DNA from: an uncultured Candidatus Saccharibacteria bacterium
GTDB taxonomy: Bacteria > Patescibacteriota > Minisyncoccia > Phycocordibacterales > UBA5272
Assembly (NCBI GenBank): GCA_964577675.1
Contig: CAZNZQ010000001.1
Coordinates: 5,875 to 69,874 of the forward strand
Direction: 5' to 3'
Length of the DNA: 64,000 nt
Position 1 is the stretch's first letter, and each line of letters starts with the position of its first letter. Position numbers and translations under genes: made by a program. The notes under the pieces are model-generated. The model had not been told where the DNA came from, searched no databases, and was given only the letters and a program-made list of their open reading frames with translations. Below, piece by piece: positions 46,276-57,664 of the stretch.

Positions 46276-48516
46276 CTACCCTCTCGCGTACCCACCTGCG
46301 TCTTTTAGGTTAATGGAGAGGAGCTTAGACCCGCCTTCTACGCCAAGCGTCACTCCGTAGAGCATGTCACAGTGATTCATTGTCTCACGGTTGTGGGTAA
46401 TCACGAGAAGCTTACTCTTCTCTGCTAATCTCCTCATCATAGCGCCGTACTTTCGTGCGTTACTCTCATCAAGCGGTGCGTCTGTTTCGTCGAGCACCAT
46501 AAACGGAGGAGGTGTCACCTGAGACATAGCGAAGAGAAGTGCGATAGAGACGAGAGCTCTCTCGCCACCTGAAAACATGGCGAGCTCTTTTACTTTCTTA
46601 TTCGGAAGACTTACGTCTAAATCAATTCCCTCTTCCACCTCTTCATTACCATCTTCATCTGTTTTCTTCAAAGTAACACGTGACAACTTAGCCTTCCCTC
46701 CTGGATATACCTCGTGGAAAAATGTTGTGAATATCTTAGAAACCTCCTCAACACCATGAGCGAAGCGTTCGCTTAGCGTAGTCGTTAATTCTTCTATTAA
46801 TTGAAGCAGTTTACCTTCTGTCTCACGAATATCGAGAAGCTCCTTAGAGAGATACTCCTCGCGCTCCTTGGTGGTCGCATATTCTGTAAGAATCTCTTCA
46901 CGATTAGGAACACTCGCCTCTTCGATACGAAGCTTGGACCGCTCTATCGCACGTGTCAGGTCAGTATCTGACATAGCGACAACATTAGGATCGTCATTTG
47001 ATTCCCTATACTCAAGAATCACTCTTCCAACAATAAGAACACCCTCTTCGAGGAGCGCTTTCCATCTTGCTGTCCTGTCGCCAAGCTCCCTCTCTTCTTG
47101 CTCACGAAGGCGTATCTCACTTCCGAGTTCGCGGAGCTTGCTCTCTAAAAGCACCTTTTTCTTTTCTTCCTCATGACGAGAGATGATTCCTTCGTTTACA
47201 GAACTACTCAACCTTTCTATCTGTTCACTTACAATTCTTACCGAACCAGTAAGGGCAAGCGCTGTCTTTTCATGTTCACTGATTCTTTCACTTACTTCAC
47301 TAATGTCTTTTTCTAGGTCCTCTTTTCTCGTCTTGTCGTCATACAGATACTTTTGGAAGAAAGAGCTGGCCTCTTCTTTTAAAACGTCTACTGCCTCAAT
47401 AGCTTTCTCCTCTTCTCCAGTAACAATGGCACGAGCAATGGAGGAGAGCCCATTTTCAATAAGTGTCGCACCTGCTCGCAAATCCTTTTCTTCTATTGTG
47501 ACACTAGTCACTTCTACCTCCCTCTTTAGTTCACGCTCTAGATATGACTTCTCAGCCTCAAGTCGTCCTAGGGTTTTCGTTACTTCACGAAGCTTCTCTT
47601 CATTAAGCGACTTTTCTGCATAGAGTCTTTCTTTTTCTAGATTAATAGATATGGCCACATCTTCTCGCTTAACGCTTTTTAAGAGCTCGAGCTCCTTCTC
47701 TATTGTGTCTCTGACAAGATGAAGCGACGTCGCGGTGCCTCTTTCGTACATTTCCCCTTTCCTTCTTTCAAGCTCACGTTCTTCTCTTTTTAAATACACG
47801 ACTAAAAGTCTATGGAGTTTCTGACGCTCTTCTTCTTGTGACTCTATTTTTTTTACCTGTCGTTCCAGGTGTGCAAGGTGTGGCCTTATCTCATTACGAA
47901 GGAGTTCTATCTCTCGCACGTGAGATTTTACTTTTTCTAACTTACGACTGCTTTCGTTCAACCGAAGATGAAACACACGGAGCCCAAGAGCGTCTTCTAG
48001 TGCTTCTTTTCTTTCACGGGGGTTCGCTAACAGTATCTTATCGGCTTCACCTTGATTAATAATGGTATGAGCGCTACCACCAATACCTGCGAAGGACAAT
48101 AATTCCTGCACGTCCTTGAGGCGAACTTTTGCATCGTTTAACGTATACTCACTTCCTCCATCTGCATAAATAGTACGCGAGAGCGTAAGTTCATCATATA
48201 CAAGGTATGAAGCAAGGTCTTCGCTAATATGAGAAGTGCTGATGCGCGATTTATCCTTGTTATCTATGACCATCGTGACAGTTGCTCGCGACATGGGAGA
48301 AAGATGTTCAGAGCCCTTAAAAATAACATCACTTCCTGACTTGGAACGCATACTCTTCATTGACTGCTCACCCAAGACGAAGCGGATTGCTTCTGCGATG
48401 TTACTCTTACCACTTCCGTTTGGGCCAACAACACCTGTCACCTGATGTGTGACATCGAGAGTAGTTTTCTTGGCAAAAGACTTGAAGCCGTGGACAGTAA
48501 TGTGAGATAGATGCAT
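46276..48516 (-). CDS. smc: SMC-family chromosome-partition ATPase (short, 746 aa)
   Basis: Walker A GPNGSGKSN, long coiled coils, signature FSGGERALVSIALLFA and Walker B MVLDETDAPLD. It is much shorter than the canonical ~1150 aa and the hinge is only vestigial. Confidence 0.65.
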   Translation of the reverse strand: MHLSHITVHGFKSFAKKTTLDVTHQVTGVVGPNGSGKSNIAEAIRFVLGEQSMKSMRSKSGSDVIFKGSEHLSPMSRATVTMVIDNKDKSRISTSHISEDLASYLVYDELTLSRTIYADGGSEYTLNDAKVRLKDVQELLSFAGIGGSAHTIINQGEADKILLANPRERKEALEDALGLRVFHLRLNESSRKLEKVKSHVREIELLRNEIRPHLAHLERQVKKIESQEEERQKLHRLLVVYLKREERELERRKGEMYERGTATSLHLVRDTIEKELELLKSVKREDVAISINLEKERLYAEKSLNEEKLREVTKTLGRLEAEKSYLERELKREVEVTSVTIEEKDLRAGATLIENGLSSIARAIVTGEEEKAIEAVDVLKEEASSFFQKYLYDDKTRKEDLEKDISEVSERISEHEKTALALTGSVRIVSEQIERLSSSVNEGIISRHEEEKKKVLLESKLRELGSEIRLREQEERELGDRTARWKALLEEGVLIVGRVILEYRESNDDPNVVAMSDTDLTRAIERSKLRIEEASVPNREEILTEYATTKEREEYLSKELLDIRETEGKLLQLIEELTTTLSERFAHGVEEVSKIFTTFFHEVYPGGKAKLSRVTLKKTDEDGNEEVEEGIDLDVSLPNKKVKELAMFSGGERALVSIALLFAMSQVTPPPFMVLDETDAPLDESNARKYGAMMRRLAEKSKLLVITHNRETMNHCDMLYGVTLGVEGGSKLLSINLKDAGGYARG

Positions 48517-48615
48517 AAGGGTGGCGTATAGTTGCTAGGGTGTAGCGCATAGAAAAACCAAAACCAGCACCCCAAGATGAACAAAGTGTAGCACGAAGAT
48601 TATCCCACTAATTGT

Positions 48616-49053
48616 TTATAGAGTAAAAAGAAAGATGAGCCCAAAGATGAGCAACATGGTCACAATACCCCCGACTAAAATTCCCCCTACTATGTCTTTG
48701 TAGTCGTGCACCTTACCCTTAACCCTAGCTAAAAGAATTATGCCTGACGATACAGCAATAAATATAGAGACAGGATCGCCGAGAGTGGAAACAATAAGTG
48801 AAGAGAGTCCAGCTGCATGACTAGAAGGAAACGCATACATATTACCTGTTGTAAACATCTGCTCTTTTACATTTCTTTTCTTGGCAATAATCCGCTTCAA
48901 GAGCTTGGTCATAAGGACTGAGATACAAGAGAACATCCCCGACAGAATAAGAGCAACGGGGAACCCTAGGATAAACAGAAAGTAAGCACTCACCATGACG
49001 ACAACAATATAGATATAGTATTGTGCGAAAAATCGGATTAGGGGTGTTTTCAT
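48616..49053 (-). CDS. PAP2-superfamily membrane phosphatase
   Basis: PSSHAAG (the PSGH motif) and RVKGKVHDYKDIVGG (SRx5Hx3D) in a small 4-TM protein. The start was taken at MKTPLI. Confidence 0.5.
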   Translation of the reverse strand: MKTPLIRFFAQYYIYIVVVMVSAYFLFILGFPVALILSGMFSCISVLMTKLLKRIIAKKRNVKEQMFTTGNMYAFPSSHAAGLSSLIVSTLGDPVSIFIAVSSGIILLARVKGKVHDYKDIVGGILVGGIVTMLLIFGLIFLFTL

Positions 49054-49115
49054 GAATGTAAGTATAGCATTCTGTCTTTGCCTTAGGTGGCGCACCAATA
49101 TGCTACACTTCTCTA

Positions 49116-49892
49116 ATGACTATTATACAATCTATACTTTTTGGAGTAGTGGAGGGTCTCACTGAGTTCCTCCCTGTATCATCCACTGCCCACCTCATCA
49201 TCACTTCGCATCTCCTTGGTATCGCTCAATCTGACGAACACATACTCTTTGAAATTGCTATCCAGCTAGGAGCAATTAGTGCCGTCCTTGTGATGTTCTT
49301 TAAAAAGTTTCTGTCATTCGCCAGGATCAAAAAACTCGCCTTTGCATTTATCCCAACCGGGATAGCAGGGCTCTTTATCTACCCCTACCTTAAACTTATT
49401 TTTAATACACCGATTATAATTGGATTCACACTTTTAGTCGGAGGGATCATCATCCTCTTCGCTGAGCATTTCTATACTAAAGCTGAAGCAAAAGGAGAGG
49501 TAGAAGCAAGTCACGAGATAACACTCGCTCAAGCGCTCTTCTTGGGATGCTACCAAGCTCTCGCCATCATACCTGGAGTATCTAGATCAGGCGCCATGAT
49601 TGTTGGAGGGCTTTTCCACAAAATGGAAAGAAAAATACTCACTGAATTTACTTTCTTACTTGCAGTTCCGACAATGGTAACAGCTACTGCGTACTCGCTC
49701 TACAAAAACAAAGAAGCTCTCTTAGGCGGCACTCATGACTTGCTACCTTTTGGCGTTGGTTTTATTTCGTCATTTCTGGTAGCTTCTTTTGTCATAAAAT
49801 TCTTCCTTGATTACATCAAGAGGCACTCTTTCGCCCCTTTCGGTTTCTACAGAATCATCTTGGGTGTCGTCGTGATTGTTATGTTTTTGTAA
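49116..49892 (+). CDS. uppP: undecaprenyl-diphosphatase (BacA/UppP)
   Basis: FGVVEGLTEFLPVSSTAHL and the second conserved GVSRSGA motif. Confidence 0.85.
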   Translation: MTIIQSILFGVVEGLTEFLPVSSTAHLIITSHLLGIAQSDEHILFEIAIQLGAISAVLVMFFKKFLSFARIKKLAFAFIPTGIAGLFIYPYLKLIFNTPIIIGFTLLVGGIIILFAEHFYTKAEAKGEVEASHEITLAQALFLGCYQALAIIPGVSRSGAMIVGGLFHKMERKILTEFTFLLAVPTMVTATAYSLYKNKEALLGGTHDLLPFGVGFISSFLVASFVIKFFLDYIKRHSFAPFGFYRIILGVVVIVMFL

Positions 49893-49924
49893 AGAAAAAG
49901 TTAATGGCGGTAAGTTAGGGCAAC

Positions 49925-49943
49925 GCGCAGCCTTCGGCTGCGC
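49925..49943. terminator. UUCG-capped hairpin between convergent uppP and atpC
   Basis: GCGCAGCC-ttcg-GCTGCGC. The U-tract is weak on both strands. Confidence 0.4.
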
Positions 49944-49967
49944 TTTGACCTTCCTCGCTTCTAGAAA

Positions 49968-50384
49968 CTATCTTCTATACTTCCTTGCAATCTTAACCCT
50001 GTTTAATTCTCGTTCGATTGTACTCTCAATTCTTCCTACATCTAAGTCTTCTTCTTTTTCGTCCTTTATTTCTTCTGCGCGCTTAAGAGCCTGCTCTATT
50101 TTCTCGGTATCAAGCTCGTCTACCTTATCTGCACTTTCTAGCATTACAACAACTTCGGTAATGCCTTTGCGATGAGGGCGCACGTTAACGAGACCTTTAT
50201 AAACAGCAAAACCAAAACCTGCTCCTTCCTTTCTAACAGTCATCTCCCCTGACTTAATAATCGAGACGATAGGCACATGCTTATTAAGGACGGTAATCAT
50301 ACCGCTCACCGTAGGAAGTGACACACTTGTCACTATCTCATCTACCAATATTTTATCTGGGGTAACAAGTTTGAGTTTTAACAT
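49968..50384 (-). CDS. atpC: F1 ATP synthase epsilon subunit
   Basis: LKLVTPDKILVDEIVTSVSLPTVSGMITVL matches the epsilon N-terminal beta-sandwich. It is the last gene of the atp operon. Confidence 0.8.
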   Translation of the reverse strand: MLKLKLVTPDKILVDEIVTSVSLPTVSGMITVLNKHVPIVSIIKSGEMTVRKEGAGFGFAVYKGLVNVRPHRKGITEVVVMLESADKVDELDTEKIEQALKRAEEIKDEKEEDLDVGRIESTIERELNRVKIARKYRR

Positions 50385-50434
50385 ACTAGTTATTCATTAT
50401 TAGTTATTCGTTCTACTACACTAATTACGAATTA

Positions 50435-51829
<1,395 letters not shown>

Positions 51830-51885
51830 TTATTAGTAATTAGTTGGTGGTTAATAGTTAATGGTTGATAGTTTTGCTCGGTGGT

Positions 51886-52449
51886 TTAAGTTGTTATGCC
51901 GAGTAAGTCTTTTAGTTTTTGTTTTTCCTTTTCGTCTTCACTGGCTTTTTGAAATATGGCTATTAAATCTTTGTTTCTAAAACTTGGATTATCTTTTAAT
52001 TCAAGTAACTGTTCAAAGGAAATTAATTGTACTTCTATTTTTTCACCCGGATCATTGGTCGGATCTTTTTGTTGTACAGCGTCTTTTGCAATATAATAAT
52101 GGTTATTCCAAACCATCTTACTATAACCAAGCACGTCTACAGAAAACCATTCCTTCCATTCCTTGCTTACATATCCCGTCTCTTCGAGTAATTCACGTTT
52201 TGCGTCTTCAATAAAAAATTCAGATCCCGTGTCGCCAGCAGGAAGAGAGATAAATTTGCCCACGCTTGGTTGTTCTTCGTGATTAATAAGAATCTTATCA
52301 CCAGCAACAGCAAGGACCGTAACCGCATCACGCCTCCTCAACATTTCAAATGTAGAAAAAGAACCGTCGAACATTTCCTGTTGCCACTGATAAACATCAT
52401 GAAGAACCCCTTCAAATACCTTCTTTGCATTGTCTGGAATTTTTTTCAT
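51886..52449 (-). CDS. NUDIX hydrolase inserted in the atp operon
   Basis: Nudix box GDTGSEFFIEDAKRELLEETGY (Gx5Ex7REUxEExGU). Confidence 0.7.
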   Translation of the reverse strand: MKKIPDNAKKVFEGVLHDVYQWQQEMFDGSFSTFEMLRRRDAVTVLAVAGDKILINHEEQPSVGKFISLPAGDTGSEFFIEDAKRELLEETGYVSKEWKEWFSVDVLGYSKMVWNNHYYIAKDAVQQKDPTNDPGEKIEVQLISFEQLLELKDNPSFRNKDLIAIFQKASEDEKEKQKLKDLLGITT

Positions 52450-52454
52450 AATAG

Positions 52455-53303
52455 TTATTGAGCGAGCGCCGCGGCCCCACCTACGATTTCGGAGATCTCT
52501 TGTGTTACAGCGCTTTGACGGGCTCGGTTATAGTAGAGCTTAAGATCCTTTTGGAGTTCATTTGCATTGTCAGTCGCACTCTTCATTGCTAACATTCGAG
52601 CTGAATGCTCAGAAGCATAGCTCTCAAGAATTGCACCATAAATAAGATTATGTACCATCATTGGAACAATAGTTGATAATACTGAATCTCGATCGGGTTC
52701 ATAGCTATACCGAGGCTCTCCCGTTGAGTCAGGAGAAGACTCCCCAACAAAAGGGAGCAGCTGGAGCACGACCGGCTCAAAAGAAGAAGCGCTCACGTAG
52801 TCGGTATAAATAATACGCACTGTCCCCACCTTCTTTTCTTTATACCACTCGACAACTTTATTTGCTGTAACACGCGCATGATCTCCGGTGAGTACTGGAT
52901 GGTTAAATGAAGCGAGTGTTTCTATATGAAGCTTCTTGGCAACTTTTTCTGCATACTTACCAAAGGTAACCATCTTCAGTTTCTTCCTTTCTTCCTCAGA
53001 ATAAGCTTCGAGCAGCTTACGATATATGTTCACATTAAAACCTCCGCAGAGGCCTTTGTTAGATGTAACTAGGATGACGAGTTCAGTATCCACACCATTA
53101 TGCATAAGTAACTCATGTCGCATGAGCGGATCAAGAGACATGTCTTCTAAAATATGCGCTGCCTCTTTATGAAATGGTCTAAGGGTGAGCGCTTGGTCAA
53201 TCGCCTTTTTCATCTTTGCAGCAGAAATCATCTCCATTGTCTTGGTGATTTTCTTGATACTGCCGACACTTTTTATTTTTTGGCGAATTGCTTTTGTTTG
53301 CAT
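52455..53303 (-). CDS. atpG: F1 ATP synthase gamma subunit
   Basis: N- and C-terminal gamma coiled-coil helices (IKSVGSIKKITKTMEMISAAKM ... ITQEISEIVGGAAAL). Confidence 0.9.
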   Translation of the reverse strand: MQTKAIRQKIKSVGSIKKITKTMEMISAAKMKKAIDQALTLRPFHKEAAHILEDMSLDPLMRHELLMHNGVDTELVILVTSNKGLCGGFNVNIYRKLLEAYSEEERKKLKMVTFGKYAEKVAKKLHIETLASFNHPVLTGDHARVTANKVVEWYKEKKVGTVRIIYTDYVSASSFEPVVLQLLPFVGESSPDSTGEPRYSYEPDRDSVLSTIVPMMVHNLIYGAILESYASEHSARMLAMKSATDNANELQKDLKLYYNRARQSAVTQEISEIVGGAAALAQ

Positions 53304-53327
53304 CTTTTAATGAATACGCATAATTCT

Positions 53328-54824
53328 CTAAACACTACGCGTCTCAGAGTAAGAAGTGAGAGCATCCTTAAGGGCATTCTCTGTCGCATCATCCCAACCT
53401 TTATCAATAAGCTCAAGCGTTCCTTTATGAGAAATATCTAGATACTCATGCATTCCTTTCTCCCACTTAGTCACGTCAGTAACTGGTACTGCGTCTAAAA
53501 AACCATTATTCACTGCGTAAACAGATGCAATTTGAAGTGAGGTCTTAATTGGGTTACCGTTTGACTGCTTGAGCATCTCGGCTGTTCTCTTGCCTCGTTC
53601 TATTGTCTTCTTGGTTTCATGATCGAGGTCAGAGTCGAACTGCGCAAATGATTCAAGCTCTCGATATTGTGCCATAGCGAGCTTCATCTTCCCTGCGTTT
53701 TTCTTCATAGCTTTTGTCTGTGCTGATCCTCCTACACGCGACACAGAAAGACCTACGTCAATCGCTGGACGCATACCCTTATAGAAAAGGTTAGAGTCAA
53801 GGAATATCTGACCATCGGTAATTGAAATAACGTTTGTTGGGATATACGCTGACACATCTCCTGCCTGTGTCTCAATAATTGGGAGCGCTGTGATTGAACC
53901 ACCTCCTGCATTTTCGTTACGACGACATGCACGCTCCAGAAGGCGTGAGTGAAGATAAAAAACATCTCCTGGGTACGCCTCACGTCCTGGCGGACGACGA
54001 AGGAGAAGTGACATCTCACGATACGCGACTGCGTGTTTAGAAAGATCATCATAGACAACGAGCACATCTTTCTTTTTGTTCATAAAATATTCTGCAACCG
54101 CAGTCCCTGAGTATGGCGCAAGGAACGACAATGCGGCCGAGTGTGACGCACCTGCAAGCACGACAACGGTATACTCCATCGCCCCTGCTTCACGGAGCTT
54201 TTCTACGATCTGAGCAATCTTGGATTCTTTTTGCCCAACCGCAACATAAACACAAATAACACCATTACCTTTTTGGTTAATGATTGTATCAATAGCAATA
54301 GTGGTCTTCCCTGTTTGTCTGTCACCGATGATAAGCTCGCGCTGTCCACGCCCAACTGGAATCATGGCATCGACCGCCTTCACACCTGTCTGAAGTGGAA
54401 CATTCACAGGCTCGCGTTCCATTACACCAGGTGCGATCTTCTCTACGAGCTCACGCCCGTCTATATCTGTTAACTTAGATCCATCGAGAGCATTTATAAG
54501 GGGGTCAACCACGTGACCAAGAAGCCCCTCACCCACTGGAATAGAAAGTACCTGTTTTGTTCTTTTCACCTCTTCACCTTCTTTTACTTTTTCTCCACCA
54601 CTTACAATCACCACACCAACCAAATCACTCTCTAGGTTAAGTGCGAGTCCGCGCGCACCAGAAGCAAAAATAACTTCTTCCATGCTCGCTACTTCGCGAA
54701 GCCCGGATACACGAGCAATACCGTCACTTACAGAAATAACATTCCCGATATCACTCACCTCAAATGAGGTTTCGAGGTTCGCAACTTTCTTTTCAAGTTC
54801 TTTGATTATTGTATCTACTGACAT
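53328..54824 (-). CDS. atpA: F1 ATP synthase alpha subunit
   Basis: Walker A GDRQTGKT and the characteristic alpha C-terminal domain. Confidence 0.95.
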   Translation of the reverse strand: MSVDTIIKELEKKVANLETSFEVSDIGNVISVSDGIARVSGLREVASMEEVIFASGARGLALNLESDLVGVVIVSGGEKVKEGEEVKRTKQVLSIPVGEGLLGHVVDPLINALDGSKLTDIDGRELVEKIAPGVMEREPVNVPLQTGVKAVDAMIPVGRGQRELIIGDRQTGKTTIAIDTIINQKGNGVICVYVAVGQKESKIAQIVEKLREAGAMEYTVVVLAGASHSAALSFLAPYSGTAVAEYFMNKKKDVLVVYDDLSKHAVAYREMSLLLRRPPGREAYPGDVFYLHSRLLERACRRNENAGGGSITALPIIETQAGDVSAYIPTNVISITDGQIFLDSNLFYKGMRPAIDVGLSVSRVGGSAQTKAMKKNAGKMKLAMAQYRELESFAQFDSDLDHETKKTIERGKRTAEMLKQSNGNPIKTSLQIASVYAVNNGFLDAVPVTDVTKWEKGMHEYLDISHKGTLELIDKGWDDATENALKDALTSYSETRSV

Positions 54825-54866
54825 AACTTTTGGTACTAGTTTGTAAATTAGAATTGGTAGGGATTA

Positions 54867-55220
54867 TTAATAATTTTTTGTGAACTGCTTAATGATTCTC
54901 TCAGCACTTCCGTCGTACATCACATCTTTATATTTAGCTTTGAATCCAGCCAAGAGGTTCTCATTAATTGTCACTGAGTGCCTGGCTTCGCTTGCTTTAA
55001 CTAGTTGTTTAATAAACAGGAGCGATTCTTCGTTTAAGAGGAAAGGAGATTCGATCTCCACCATTTCTTTTTGTTCTCTCATCTTTTGTTTACGAGAGAG
55101 AATTCTTAGTATTTCTGGGAGCAGTGACTGAAGGTTGTACTTACCGAGAACCTCTTCTAGGTCTTTGAGAGTAGTGTTACTAGTTTCTAGATATAGAGCT
55201 ATGGAGCGAGAGAGAGACAT
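54867..55220 (-). CDS. atpH: F1 ATP synthase delta (OSCP) subunit, truncated form
   Basis: 117 aa matching only the C-terminal half of delta. It sits between atpF and atpA. Confidence 0.55.
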   Translation of the reverse strand: MSLSRSIALYLETSNTTLKDLEEVLGKYNLQSLLPEILRILSRKQKMREQKEMVEIESPFLLNEESLLFIKQLVKASEARHSVTINENLLAGFKAKYKDVMYDGSAERIIKQFTKNY

Positions 55221-55225
55221 ATCAA

Positions 55226-55720
55226 CTACTTAATACGGGAGATAAAAGCGTTATTCTCTGACTCATTCATCTCCCTTTTGAGGGTTGCAGCGTACAGCGC
55301 AGCAACAAGTGCTGGAGCTCTCTCGAGAAATTCTTTTTCCACCTTCTCTACTATTGTTGCCTCTTTAGCACTTAACTGCTCTTCTTTTACGTCTATTTCT
55401 TTCTGAGCAATAGTCTTCATCTTGGCCACAAGTTCCTGACCTTCTGTTCTAGCTTTTTCCAAAAGGGCGTGACTTTCTTTTTTAGCCTCGCTTAAGATAG
55501 CGCTTTTCTCCTCTTCAGCTCTCGCTAAAAGCTTCTCGCCATCACTAGCTTTAGTGAGACCTCTTTCAATTATCTCACCTCGTTCTCGTATGGTTCTCCC
55601 AAGCTTCTTAAAGAAGAAGGTATTGAGAAGAAAAAGAATAATAAGAAAGTTAACAAAGTTAGCAAGTGCAACATGCCAATTGAAACCTACTGATGAGAGA
55701 ATTTCTAGAATGCTTTGCAT
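55226..55720 (-). CDS. atpF: Fo ATP synthase b subunit
   Basis: A single N-terminal TM followed by a long charged coiled coil. Confidence 0.75.
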   Translation of the reverse strand: MQSILEILSSVGFNWHVALANFVNFLIILFLLNTFFFKKLGRTIRERGEIIERGLTKASDGEKLLARAEEEKSAILSEAKKESHALLEKARTEGQELVAKMKTIAQKEIDVKEEQLSAKEATIVEKVEKEFLERAPALVAALYAATLKREMNESENNAFISRIK

Positions 55721-55787
55721 AGTAATTAGTAGCTAGCAACCAGCAACCAGGGCAACCCCTGATTGCTATTTACTAATTGCTTTCTAC

Positions 55788-56006
55788 TTATTTAATGAGG
55801 AAGAACGCTACGAGCGCAAAGATCGCAGTAGTTTCTGTCATCGCGATTGCAATAATCATCTTAGAAAAGATGGAACCTTCTACGTCTGGGTTGCGTCCAA
55901 TGGCTTCCATAGTTTTACCTACGAGGTAGCCTTGTCCGATGGCTGTTCCTAGCATTGCTAAGATACACATTCCTTTTGCGATATAAATTGCTGCTTCTGG
56001 GGTCAT
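55788..56006 (-). CDS. atpE: Fo ATP synthase c subunit
   Basis: 72-aa two-helix hairpin with the conserved carboxylate in AIAMTETTAIFALV. Confidence 0.9.
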   Translation of the reverse strand: MTPEAAIYIAKGMCILAMLGTAIGQGYLVGKTMEAIGRNPDVEGSIFSKMIIAIAMTETTAIFALVAFFLIK

Positions 56007-56156
56007 AAAATTAGTTGTTAGTTATTAGTTGTTAGTTATTAGTTGAATGCAAAACACATTCAAAATTCTAACTGCAACATTTCAATAAAAATCTGCCCTA
56101 CCTAGGCTTTAGCTTGTAGTATAACAGAAATTATCCTCTCAAGCCAGTTAGTTCTG

Positions 56157-56996
56157 CTAATGCCCATTACCTTCTTTCTTTAAAACAAGAGAGTAGTATA
56201 CAGTAACGAGCGCGACGAATACTACCGATTGTACAACCCCAACGAGTACACCCATCCCCATCCAAATCGCAGGCACACCGTATGCAAAAGCCCCTAGTAA
56301 AATAACAGTTAACACTTCGTGTGCGAACAAGTTACCAAAAAGACGTAGCGAAAGTGAAAGCATCTTGGCAAACTCAGAAATAATTTCGATAAGACCAACT
56401 AAGAAACCAACAATGGAAACCAACCCCTCTCCGAAACTTTTTCTAAAACCATGGTACACCTGCTTCACCTGAATAAAATGTGAGAGGTACCCAAAAACCC
56501 CCTGCTCTTTCATCCCAATCAGCTGCATCATAAGAATAACCGCGAGCGCGAGACCGAATGTAGTATTAAAATCTGTGGTCGCGCCTCTAAAAAGAGTGAC
56601 ATGTTCTCCATTCGCACCGGTGACATAAAAAGCGGCCACCCCAGGCATCATAGGGAGAAGGTTCGCTATGATGAGGTACACCATGAGCGCACCCACAAAT
56701 GGCACCGCCTTTTCACTTTTTTCTTTACTTCCAAGAATTGATGAGAGGAAAGAGACGACAGCCTCATAAAACATTTCCATAACATGCTGAACCTTACCAG
56801 GAATAAGCTTAGACCGGAGAGCAAGTACACAAAGTGCCGTAACAATAAAGGTAATCAAACCAACTGTGACTGTTGAGGTTGCGATAGAAAAAGGCCCAAT
56901 ACTTCCGAGAATTGGTGCATCTATAGTCGGTAGCGGTTCATGAACCTGGAAAAAAGAGCCCGCTGTCTCTCCGTGTTCTGTAACTGGTGTAGCCAT
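56157..56996 (-). CDS. atpB: Fo ATP synthase a subunit
   Basis: LSLSLRLFGNLFAHEVL carries the essential Arg of subunit a. Confidence 0.85.
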   Translation of the reverse strand: MATPVTEHGETAGSFFQVHEPLPTIDAPILGSIGPFSIATSTVTVGLITFIVTALCVLALRSKLIPGKVQHVMEMFYEAVVSFLSSILGSKEKSEKAVPFVGALMVYLIIANLLPMMPGVAAFYVTGANGEHVTLFRGATTDFNTTFGLALAVILMMQLIGMKEQGVFGYLSHFIQVKQVYHGFRKSFGEGLVSIVGFLVGLIEIISEFAKMLSLSLRLFGNLFAHEVLTVILLGAFAYGVPAIWMGMGVLVGVVQSVVFVALVTVYYSLVLKKEGNGH

Positions 56997-57023
56997 AATA
57001 GTCGCTATTCTAACACAAGAGAG

Positions 57024-57626
57024 CTACTTCTTAAAAATGGGGTTCGGGTGAATATCGTCTTTAAGCTCAAAACTTAAGTATAGCGCCACAAGGCCGAACA
57101 GACTTGTAAGAATAATAACTATTCCCTTAAATAATAGCCAATCTGAAAAACTGTAAAAATTGCGGACCAGTTCATTAGTTATGGCAGTTATCAAAAAGTA
57201 ACCAATCCATAGATGTGTGAGTCTATTCCATGCTCGGCTGGTAAGCGGGAACACTTCCTCAAATGCATACTTTAGGAACGGCTTCTGAAAAATCATCCCA
57301 ATGACCAGAGTGAGTGCGCACGTCATGTCATATAACGTATCTCTCATCTGTATGAATTTAATATCATGCGAGGAAATAGTAAGGTACCCAAACGTAGTAG
57401 TAATAAGTGCTATATAGAGAGCAAGAAAAGGCACCCTTCTCTGGAGACGATACGTTACGAACGTAGATATAATAGTAGTAACCATGAGAAGCACGGTCGA
57501 CTCATATATATTCATATATTCAGTCGATGCTAGAAAAGCAAGGACAGGACCAAACTCAAGGAATGCAGAAAAGATAACATGACGCAAGACGCGAGCAGAG
57601 AAGAAAGAATGTTTTTGTTCTGTCAT
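57024..57626 (-). CDS. YciB/IspZ-family inner-membrane septation protein-like
   Basis: EFGPVLAFLA...HDIKFIQMRDT...LTHLWIGYFLITAI aligns block-by-block with my recollection of E. coli YciB. The start was taken at MTEQKH. Confidence 0.5.
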   Translation of the reverse strand: MTEQKHSFFSARVLRHVIFSAFLEFGPVLAFLASTEYMNIYESTVLLMVTTIISTFVTYRLQRRVPFLALYIALITTTFGYLTISSHDIKFIQMRDTLYDMTCALTLVIGMIFQKPFLKYAFEEVFPLTSRAWNRLTHLWIGYFLITAITNELVRNFYSFSDWLLFKGIVIILTSLFGLVALYLSFELKDDIHPNPIFKK

Positions 57627-57664
57627 GGTATGATTGTTTATATAGTAAATAGAGTATAAATCAT

